NCBI GenBank assembly: GCA_018658105.1
Contig: JABHVW010000006.1
Span: 54,244 to 94,243, forward strand
Direction: 5' to 3'
Origin: Candidatus Peregrinibacteria bacterium
GTDB taxonomy: Bacteria > Patescibacteriota > Gracilibacteria > UBA1369 > 2-02-FULL-48-14
Length of the DNA: 40,000 bases
Positions within the stretch are counted from its first letter, which is position 1. Every line of letters starts with the position of its first letter. The notes below the pieces were generated by a model. The model saw only the letters and a program-made list of their open reading frames with translations. It did not search any database and had not been told where the DNA came from. Of the stretch, positions 33,256 to 40,000 are shown in pieces. The translations under genes were made by a program, and so were the position numbers.

Positions 33256-35712
33256 ATGAACATTGTTTACATAAGTCTGATTATTCTTCTTGCCGCCCTT
33301 GTGGCAGCGGGATTTATTGCCTTGAGCCGATATAGGGCTAATCGCAAGCGTATGCTTTCGATGACTTTCATGAAGATAAATATTCCAAAAAAGGAATCTA
33401 AAGAAGATAAGGAGTCTGATTCGGATGCGCTTGGTGCGAATAAAGATTTCAAAGAACAGCTTGGATTGATGAAGCAATTTTTTGAATCCTTGGCTGCGCT
33501 TGAAGATGATACTTGGAAGAAATGGTTTTTTGGTCAAGATTTTGTTGGCTTTGAGTATGTGATTCAAAACAATCAAATTGATTTTTATATGGTTGTGCCA
33601 AGAAATATTAGTTTGATTTTAGAGAAACAACTTACTGCGTTTTACCCTGATTGTTATATTGAAAAAGAGCATGATTACAATTTATTCAAAAAGGACTCTA
33701 AGACTTCTTATTGTTTAATTCATACAACAGATAAATATTCTAAGCCGATTCGAACTTACAACCATATGACTTCGGATCCTTTGAATAACATAACTAATGT
33801 TCTTTCGAAGCTGGGGCCAGATGAGAGCGCGGCGATTCAGATTATGATTAGGCCTGAAGCTAGTGGTTGGCAGAAAAAGGGACGTAAGGAAGCGAAAAGC
33901 ATTCTTGAAGACAAGAAAACTAGTATTTTTGGTAATTTAAATCCTTTGACTTGGTTTGGGGATTTGCTCAGCCTTTTGTTTAGAGGTGAATCTACTCCTG
34001 ACACTCCTGAGACTGGTGGCCGAACTACATCTGTTGTTGAAGAACAGGTTAAGGCTATGGAGGAGAAAAATACACAAATGGGATTCACGACGGTGATTAG
34101 ACTTTTAGCTGTTTCGAATTCGAAACAGCAGGCTGATGCGCTTTTATCTACTATGAAGAGTGCATTTGCTCAGTATGCAACTACAGACAACAATAGTTTA
34201 ACGGTTAAAGACAGATCGATTGGAAATGTGGTTCATCACTTTTTAATGAGAGATATGAGGAAGCCGTGGCGCTTTAAAAAGATGATTTTGACGCCTGAGG
34301 AGCTTGCGAGTCTTTTCCATGTGCCAAATATTCGATTTAATCGTGCGCCAACTATTAATTGGCAAAACTATAAAATTGCTCAGGCTCCAGATAATCTGCC
34401 AAAAGAAGGTATTTTGCTGGGTCATAATATTTATAGAGGAGTTAAGCGTGAAGTCCGCATGAAAAATGAGGATAGGTTTAGGCACTTTTATGTGGTTGGG
34501 CAAACGGGTACTGGTAAATCTTCGATTTTGCAGGTTATGATTCGTCAGGATTTAGAAAATGGGAAAGGTATTTGCGTGATTGATCCTCATGGCCAGCTTG
34601 TTGAGGATATTTTGCCTTTTGTGCCTAAATCACGGGCTGAAGATGTTATTTATTTCAATCCTGCTGATTTAGATAGGCCTATGGGGCTGAACCTGCTTGA
34701 GGCGAAAACTCCTGAAGAGCGTGACATGATTGCACTTGAGGCTATGAACATTATGATTAAGCTGTTTAATGAAGAGGTTTTTGGACCGCGTATTCAGGAT
34801 TATTTCAGGAATGGATGTTTAACTCTGATGGAATCAAAAGAAGGTGGAGCTCTAACTGATATTGTGCGCTTGTTTACTGATGACGCTTATCAGAAGGAGA
34901 AAACTAAAAACATCCAAAACCCTATTGTGAAGTCTTTTTGGGACCATCAAATGGCGAAAACTGGTGCACGTGAAAAGCAGGAGATGATCCCCTATTTTGC
35001 TTCTAAATTTGGACAGTTTGTAACGAATGGTTTGATGAGGAATATTATTGGTCAGACGCATTCTGCTTTTGATTTTACAGAGGTAATGAATACTGGAAAG
35101 ATTCTGCTAATTAATCTGTCTAAGGGGGAAACTGGTGATATTAATTCGAAGCTACTGGGTATGATTGTGGTTGCTAAATTACAGGCTGGCGCTCTTGCGA
35201 GGCAAAAAATGGCTGCTGAAGACAGGAAAGATTTCTACCTATATATTGATGAGTTCCAAAACTATGTAACAGATTCGATTGAAGTGATTTTGTCTGAGGC
35301 TCGTAAATACCGGCTTTCATTGAATATGGCTCACCAATATTTGGCTCAGTTGGAAGATGGCGGTGGTGGTAAGCAAAAGTCTGTTAACCTAAAAGATGCG
35401 ATTTTCGGTAATGTGGGGACGATGATGGCCTATAAGATCGGTGCACAGGATGCTGAATATTTGGCGAAAGAAATGGCACCTGTTTTTACTGACCAAGATT
35501 TGATAAATGTAGATAAGTATAAAGCGGTGATGAAGCTGTCTATTGATACACAACCTTCTAAGCCATTTAGCATAGTTCCGCTTAATCCTTACCTGAAAAC
35601 CGGGGATGCTGAGGCTGCTGAAGCCTATAAACAGCTTTCACGTTTGAAGTATGGTCGTGACAAAGAATTTGTAGAAAGAGAGGTGTTTAGACGTTTGGGT
35701 ACGGTATTTTAG
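33256..35712 (+). CDS. membrane-anchored VirD4/TraG/TraD-like (type IV coupling protein-like) P-loop ATPase with a large unassigned N-terminal domain
   Basis: 818 aa. It has an N-terminal TM helix (ISLIILLAALVAAGFIAL) and about 400 aa that I cannot assign. These are followed by Walker A GQTGTGKS (nt 34498-34521), VIDPHGQL, Walker B FYLYIDEFQ and LSLNMAHQYLAQL, the pattern of TraG-D_C/T4SS coupling ATPases. Confidence 0.75.
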   Translation: MNIVYISLIILLAALVAAGFIALSRYRANRKRMLSMTFMKINIPKKESKEDKESDSDALGANKDFKEQLGLMKQFFESLAALEDDTWKKWFFGQDFVGFEYVIQNNQIDFYMVVPRNISLILEKQLTAFYPDCYIEKEHDYNLFKKDSKTSYCLIHTTDKYSKPIRTYNHMTSDPLNNITNVLSKLGPDESAAIQIMIRPEASGWQKKGRKEAKSILEDKKTSIFGNLNPLTWFGDLLSLLFRGESTPDTPETGGRTTSVVEEQVKAMEEKNTQMGFTTVIRLLAVSNSKQQADALLSTMKSAFAQYATTDNNSLTVKDRSIGNVVHHFLMRDMRKPWRFKKMILTPEELASLFHVPNIRFNRAPTINWQNYKIAQAPDNLPKEGILLGHNIYRGVKREVRMKNEDRFRHFYVVGQTGTGKSSILQVMIRQDLENGKGICVIDPHGQLVEDILPFVPKSRAEDVIYFNPADLDRPMGLNLLEAKTPEERDMIALEAMNIMIKLFNEEVFGPRIQDYFRNGCLTLMESKEGGALTDIVRLFTDDAYQKEKTKNIQNPIVKSFWDHQMAKTGAREKQEMIPYFASKFGQFVTNGLMRNIIGQTHSAFDFTEVMNTGKILLINLSKGETGDINSKLLGMIVVAKLQAGALARQKMAAEDRKDFYLYIDEFQNYVTDSIEVILSEARKYRLSLNMAHQYLAQLEDGGGGKQKSVNLKDAIFGNVGTMMAYKIGAQDAEYLAKEMAPVFTDQDLINVDKYKAVMKLSIDTQPSKPFSIVPLNPYLKTGDAEAAEAYKQLSRLKYGRDKEFVEREVFRRLGTVF

Positions 35713-35749
35713 ACCTTTATACTTCAACATCTATTTAGTATATTGCAAG

Positions 35750-35778
35750 CCCTTTCACCCACAAGAGGGTCTTTTTTT
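35750..35778 (+). terminator. intrinsic terminator CCCUUU-CACCCACA-AGAGGG + UCUUUUUUU
   Basis: A 6-bp stem (35750-35755 / 35764-35769) with an 8-nt loop, then U-C-U7. Confidence 0.6.
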
Positions 35779-35786
35779 GGTATAAT
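35778..35786 (+). promoter_or_regulatory. extended -10 promoter TGgTATAAT
   Basis: TG at 35778-35779 and TATAAT at 35781-35786, with the ATG 26 nt downstream. It is homologous to the promoter/leader at 37088-37121. Confidence 0.5.
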
Positions 35787-35812
35787 GATGAGAAACAAAA
35801 ATAAAAATTCAA

Positions 35813-37075
35813 ATGAAAATAAAAAAAGCTTTCGCCTTGGCGACGACTATACTAATACTTGCTCTGCAAGTTGCTCCGGTTGGTGCAATTGCACAGGGTT
35901 TTGTAGAAAGTAATATTGAGCCGCCTGAAGAAGATGAGGACTATTACATTGATAGCTTTGTTATCTCTGCTTACTATTCTCCCCTTTTGAATCAAGATCG
36001 ATATGTGACTGGCAGCCATGCTGGTGATGTTCGCTTGAATGGTAATGGTACGAATGGTGCTGATGGGACTGAAGTTTTCCCTGGGATGATTGCTTGCCCT
36101 AAAAATTATTCATTTGGGACTAAGTTCTTTATTCCTGGAATTGGGATGAGTGCTTGTCATGATAGAGGTGGAGCCATTGTTTCAAAAGATGGCCCTGGTG
36201 ATCGTGGTTATGCTTTTGATCGACTAGACGTATGGATGGGTGCTGGTGATGAAGGGCTTGTTACTGCGCTTCAATGGGGTAAACGAACTGTAAATAATGT
36301 TAGAGTTTATGGGGTTCGCCCTGATATTCCTGAAGATGTATATTTTGATGAAATTAATTATGCTGAGGTATTTATTCAGCAAACGGTGCTTTCGCCACTA
36401 CACTTTAAGAAAGATATTTATTTTGGAACTGATGGTGATGAAGTAACTGAGCTGCAAGAATATCTTGTGGAATGGGGTTACCTAGAAGTTGCGAGTGGAT
36501 TCTTTGGAGAAGACACGAGGGCTGCACTTGCACAATTTCAAGATGACTTTGAGATCTCAACAAATGATTTAAATAGTGGTCACTTTGGAATTAATACTAG
36601 AACTAAATTTGATGCACTCTTAAATGATGAAGATCTTGCTGTAGAGACTATTAAACTGCAAAAAGGTAGAACTTTGATGGCGCAAAAATATGTAGATTTA
36701 TTTGAAGAAGAACGTAAGTTTGCGGCTTCACTTGGTCTTGGTGATTCTAGTGCTGAGGTAATGAGTCTGCAAGAAGAGCTGATTAAGCTTGGATTTTTAA
36801 GAATTGAGCCTAGTGGATATTATGGTGAGAGTACTCAGCATGCTGTTTACAAATTTCAGCAAGCTACTGGTGTTGTTGCAGATGCAACGCAGCTTGGTGC
36901 TGGTCATGTTGGCCCTGCCACTCGAGCTATGTTAAATGGAATTATGAGCGAACGATTTGATATTAAGAGTGTTTTGGCTTATCAACGTGAAGAAGTTGCG
37001 CAAAAAAGGCACATAGTTGCTATGCCAAATGAAGAGCTTGTTCTTAAAGAAGATGAGGCTTCAGATCTTGAATAA
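35813..37075 (+). CDS. secreted cell-wall hydrolase: 3D (MltA/RlpA-like) domain plus PG_binding_1 repeats
   Basis: 420 aa. It has a signal peptide (ILILALQVAPVGAIA/QG) and a 3D-domain pattern (SAYYSP ... GNGTNGADGT ... GMIACP ... GTKFFIPGIG ... CHDRGGAI ... RLDVWMG). Three peptidoglycan-binding-like repeats follow (e.g. GDEVTELQEYLVEWGYL ... FGEDTRAALAQFQ). Confidence 0.8.
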   Translation: MKIKKAFALATTILILALQVAPVGAIAQGFVESNIEPPEEDEDYYIDSFVISAYYSPLLNQDRYVTGSHAGDVRLNGNGTNGADGTEVFPGMIACPKNYSFGTKFFIPGIGMSACHDRGGAIVSKDGPGDRGYAFDRLDVWMGAGDEGLVTALQWGKRTVNNVRVYGVRPDIPEDVYFDEINYAEVFIQQTVLSPLHFKKDIYFGTDGDEVTELQEYLVEWGYLEVASGFFGEDTRAALAQFQDDFEISTNDLNSGHFGINTRTKFDALLNDEDLAVETIKLQKGRTLMAQKYVDLFEEERKFAASLGLGDSSAEVMSLQEELIKLGFLRIEPSGYYGESTQHAVYKFQQATGVVADATQLGAGHVGPATRAMLNGIMSERFDIKSVLAYQREEVAQKRHIVAMPNEELVLKEDEASDLE

Positions 37076-37096
37076 ATGCTGATTTTAAGGTATAAT
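37068..37096 (+). promoter_or_regulatory. sigma70-type promoter TTGAAT-17-TATAAT
   Basis: TTGAAT at 37068-37073 (overlapping the upstream stop codon), a 17-nt spacer, TATAAT at 37091-37096. The ATG lies 25 nt downstream. Confidence 0.5.
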
Positions 37097-37121
37097 AATA
37101 AGATTCAAACAAAAATAAAAA

Positions 37122-39344
37122 ATGCTCAAAAAATTAAAAGCTGCTTACTGGAATAAAAATATTCGTCACTGGGTTGGAATACTTGGTTTGATGGCTATTT
37201 CTGTGTTTAGTGTGAATTTACACCATGAACTTGGAGTGAATCTTGCATCTATTATGAATCTTCCAGAACATGCTGCTTTTGATGGAACTGTTATGCCTAT
37301 ACAGCATGTTCCAGATTGGAGAAGTTTAAGTCCTGAAGAGTTTGATTATAGCTATGATGATCTGGCTGCAGATAAATTTTTATCTAGTCCGCCGGCTTAT
37401 GATAATGCTGATTTTATTTTTCCTTCTGGTGATTTAATTTGGGGAAATGCAGCTCATGATGAAATTGCAAATGCTAAAATTACTTACCCTGTTCCTTATG
37501 CGGGTAGTTATGACTTAGGAGATAAAGGTGAAGGTGCTGGTAGCCATCCTGCTGTTGATATAAAAGTTTTGAAAGATACGCCTGTTCACAATATTGCGAA
37601 TGGTGTGGTTTACGATGAGGCTTACTCAAGCAGTTGGGGTTACTATGTTGTTGTTAAACATGCTGATGTGCCTAATCCTAAATCTGTTGGTCAAACGACT
37701 GATCTTTATTGTAGTTATTCTCATTTGAGCCAGCCGGCTTTTGTAAATGAAGGTGACGAAATTGATAAAGGAATGGTAATTGGTAAAGCTGGTGATACTG
37801 GTACAGCCACGACTCATCACTTACATTTTCAATGTGATGCGGATAGTGCTTCATGGCACCCTTACTGGCCATTTACTACTGCCGAGGCGAGTGCTCAAGG
37901 CTATGGCTTTTGGGATGCGGTAAGTGCTGGTGTTGGTAAATTTAACTTATATGCGCATACTTATAATCCGATGGCATTTGTTAATGAACATTCAGATGGA
38001 AGTGTGCCGGTTATAGTTGTTGAAGATGAGGTGGAGGAAGAAGTTGTTGAGGAAATTATTGAAGAAATAGTTGAGGAAGAGGAAGTTGTTGAAGTGCTAG
38101 AAGAGCCTGAAGTTGAAGAAGTTGCGATTGAAGAAGAAATTGCGAGTTCAGTTATTCATGTAGATTTTTCTTCTGTTGATTTAGAGCAGCCAGACTTTAT
38201 TATGGTTGGTGACAACAGGCAATTGATTGTTAAGCTTAGAGATCCGAATGGTGACTTAATTGAAAATCCAACTTTTGATGGTGACATTGAAGTGACTGTT
38301 ACAGATGATGATTTGGCTAGTGTTAATCGTACAACTTTAAATACTGCAGATTTTGATAGCGATGGTGAAGCTGAGCTGATGCTTTATGCGAACCGTGCTG
38401 GAACTGTTCAACTTGAGTTTAAAATTGCTGATTTGACCTTCCCTTCTGGTGATGTTTATTTGCTTGATGCAATTGAGCCTTTTGCTCATTTTGGAATTGA
38501 TACGGATGGAAGTTTTATTCCGAATAAAGCTGAAAATATTAATGTGCTTGCTCTAGATTTAGAAAGAGAGCCTACTCCTGATTTTGATAGAAATGGAACT
38601 GTGGAGCTGAGCCTTGTAAAAGGATCTGGTAGTTTCTCACCTAGCACTTTAGATAAAACAGATTTTTACTCTGGAACTGCTGACGTGACATTCACTGCTG
38701 ATACTGAAGAAGATGTGATCATTAAAGTGACTTTTGGAATGAAAGAATATGAAAGTTCAGTAATGCGAGCTTACTTGTTTACTGACCTGGCTTATAACGA
38801 TGATTATTACGATGCGATTAGTTACTTAAGTGGAATGGGCGCGATTCAAGGTTATGCTGATGGTACTTTTGGCTCTTACAGAAATGTGAATCGAGTTGAA
38901 TCTTTGAAATTTGCTTTTGCGGGTTTGAAAAGACCTCTACTGAGTTTGAATCCAAGTTTCCCAGATACTTATGAGAACCTTTGGTACTCTCAATATGTAG
39001 CAACTGCGGAAGCTGAAGAAATTGTGGCGGGTTACCCGAGTGGATTCTTTCACCCTGAAAATCCGGTGAATCGTGTTGAGTTTGCAAAAATCATATTGAA
39101 TATGATCGATGCTTCTATTGATCCGGTTGTTCTTGGGAATCCTTATGATGATGTTGATAATCTTTCTTGGTTTGCGCCTTATGTGCAGCACATGAAAGAG
39201 TACAATTTATTCCCTGCTGATGGTGATAATTTTTACCCTTCACAAGCTTTGACTCGTGGTGAAGTTGCAGAGACAATTTACAGAATTATCGTGAGTGAAC
39301 AGAATGGCGGCGTGCCATATTCTGTACATTTGGATGTGGAATGA
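37122..39344 (+). CDS. membrane-anchored M23 (LytM-type) metallopeptidase with acidic linker, beta-rich middle region and three C-terminal SLH repeats
   Basis: 740 aa. It has an N-terminal TM helix and M23 motifs (SHPAVD, YSHLS ... [18 protein letters not shown]). The SLH-like repeats span aa ~553-722 ([31 protein letters not shown]...; [31 protein letters not shown]...; [23 protein letters not shown]...). Confidence 0.85.
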   Translation: MLKKLKAAYWNKNIRHWVGILGLMAISVFSVNLHHELGVNLASIMNLPEHAAFDGTVMPIQHVPDWRSLSPEEFDYSYDDLAADKFLSSPPAYDNADFIFPSGDLIWGNAAHDEIANAKITYPVPYAGSYDLGDKGEGAGSHPAVDIKVLKDTPVHNIANGVVYDEAYSSSWGYYVVVKHADVPNPKSVGQTTDLYCSYSHLSQPAFVNEGDEIDKGMVIGKAGDTGTATTHHLHFQCDADSASWHPYWPFTTAEASAQGYGFWDAVSAGVGKFNLYAHTYNPMAFVNEHSDGSVPVIVVEDEVEEEVVEEIIEEIVEEEEVVEVLEEPEVEEVAIEEEIASSVIHVDFSSVDLEQPDFIMVGDNRQLIVKLRDPNGDLIENPTFDGDIEVTVTDDDLASVNRTTLNTADFDSDGEAELMLYANRAGTVQLEFKIADLTFPSGDVYLLDAIEPFAHFGIDTDGSFIPNKAENINVLALDLEREPTPDFDRNGTVELSLVKGSGSFSPSTLDKTDFYSGTADVTFTADTEEDVIIKVTFGMKEYESSVMRAYLFTDLAYNDDYYDAISYLSGMGAIQGYADGTFGSYRNVNRVESLKFAFAGLKRPLLSLNPSFPDTYENLWYSQYVATAEAEEIVAGYPSGFFHPENPVNRVEFAKIILNMIDASIDPVVLGNPYDDVDNLSWFAPYVQHMKEYNLFPADGDNFYPSQALTRGEVAETIYRIIVSEQNGGVPYSVHLDVE
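38016..38141 (+). repeat. low-complexity Glu/Val/Ile-rich acidic linker inside the M23 gene
   Basis: Residues 299-340 read [42 protein letters not shown], encoded by GAA/GAG/GTT-rich imperfect repeats. Confidence 0.7.
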
Positions 39345-39357
39345 TATAGTGGGGCTG

Positions 39358-40000
39358 ATGATTAAGTTAGTACTACTCAGACACGGCCAGAGCGTTTGGA
39401 ATAAAGCCAATAAGTTTACGGGCTGGACGGATGTTGAGCTATCTGAGCAAGGTGTTGAGGAGGCGAAAACCTCTGGGCGCCGCTTAGCTAAAGAAGGTTA
39501 TGAGTTTGATTTGGCTTACACTTCTGTTTTGAAGCGTGCGATTAAAACTTTGTGGCTTGCGATGGAAGAAATGGATATGTTTTGGTTGCCGGTTGAAAGA
39601 TCTTGGCGTTTGAATGAAAGGCATTACGGTGCTCTTCAGGGTTTTAATAAAGATGAAAAAGCTGAGGAAGTTGGCAAGGAGCAAGTGCATATTTGGCGAA
39701 GAAGTTTCGATACACCACCGCCAGCTTTGGAACAGGATGATGAGAGGCATCCGCGCAAAGATAGGCGTTATGCCGACTTGAGTGAAAGTGAATTGCCTGA
39801 GTGTGAGTCTTTAGAGGATACGATTGAGCGCATGCTTCCTTATTGGGATGATGTGATTGCGCCGCAAATTCGCGATGGAAAACGTGTTTTGATTTCGGCA
39901 CATGGAAATAGTTTGCGTGCGCTTGTGAAACATTTAGATGGCATTTCTGATGAAGAGATTCCAAACTTAAATATTCCTACTGGGGTGCCTTTGGTTTATG
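39358..40000 (+). CDS. gpmA: 2,3-bisphosphoglycerate-dependent phosphoglycerate mutase, N-terminal ~214 codons (3' end lies outside the window)
   Basis: The ATG at 39358 gives [32 protein letters not shown] ... [15 protein letters not shown] ... [15 protein letters not shown], including the RHG and catalytic His motifs of dPGM. It is absent from the ORF track because no stop lies in the window. Confidence 0.9.
   Translation, partial: MIKLVLLRHGQSVWNKANKFTGWTDVELSEQGVEEAKTSGRRLAKEGYEFDLAYTSVLKRAIKTLWLAMEEMDMFWLPVERSWRLNERHYGALQGFNKDEKAEEVGKEQVHIWRRSFDTPPPALEQDDERHPRKDRRYADLSESELPECESLEDTIERMLPYWDDVIAPQIRDGKRVLISAHGNSLRALVKHLDGISDEEIPNLNIPTGVPLVY

Noticed and set aside
33256-39344. Integrative conjugative element or plasmid remnant, suggested by the VirD4/TraG-like ATPase
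   Set aside because: The window holds no relaxase, VirB4, replication, partition or integrase genes and no flanking direct repeats. There is no tRNA at the borders and no obvious compositional shift, and the flanks are aspS and gpmA. I treat it as a chromosomal cluster (see findings).
1-40000. Alternative genetic code (UGA read as Gly or Trp, codes 25 and 4), as used by some candidate-phylum relatives
   Set aside because: All large conserved genes (ileS, valS, dnaE, aspS, RND, pur genes) are full-length under the standard code. TGA is also used as a genuine stop, for example at 39342-39344 (M23 gene) and 26982-26984 (the ATGA overlap with dnaE).

Overview
AT-rich (about 33-40% G+C by hand counts), very gene-dense bacterial chromosomal segment read with the standard code: TGA, TAA and TAG all terminate full-length conserved genes. 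I support about 36 CDS, one tRNA-Leu(UAG), several sigma70-type promoters and a few intrinsic terminators. I found no rRNA, CRISPR array, transposase, integrase or prophage module. Most genes are housekeeping: pgk (5' edge), ileS, valS, aspS, dnaE, rplI, secG, ruvX, purA, a tight purC-purE-purB-dcd operon, and gpmA (3' edge). Several features suggest a small-genome, monoderm-like, possibly CPR/Patescibacteria-type organism; this is inference only. They are an archaeal-type PEP carboxylase, a class II (PAICS-like) PurE, a sigma-region-4/HARE-HTH protein, a membrane-anchored orphan solute-binding protein, an SLH-anchored M23 peptidase and a VirD4/TraG-like ATPase. Regions worth a second look: (1) The only large non-coding gap, 7779-8292. 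It holds a roughly 245-nt unit bounded by a promoter and a terminator, with repeated ACAGGAA and ACCUCCU motifs, plus a separate 95-nt hairpin with a GC-rich apex. I could not assign either to a known RNA family by eye. (2) Consensus promoters whose -10 box sits exactly 9 nt from the ATG of ileS and valS, implying near-leaderless mRNAs. No Shine-Dalgarno sequence is visible at the roughly 15 start sites I checked. (3) A co-directional cluster (33256-39344) of a T4SS-coupling-protein-like ATPase and two secreted murein hydrolases that share a duplicated promoter/leader. (4) A G+C-richer islet (30469-31329) between dnaE and aspS, encoding a signal-peptide ORF and a Cys-containing ORF in the same frame separated by a single TGA. 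(5) A second split secreted-protein locus (18858-19546). All RNA-family, domain and taxonomic statements rest on motif recognition only and need cmscan, HMM or BLAST confirmation.
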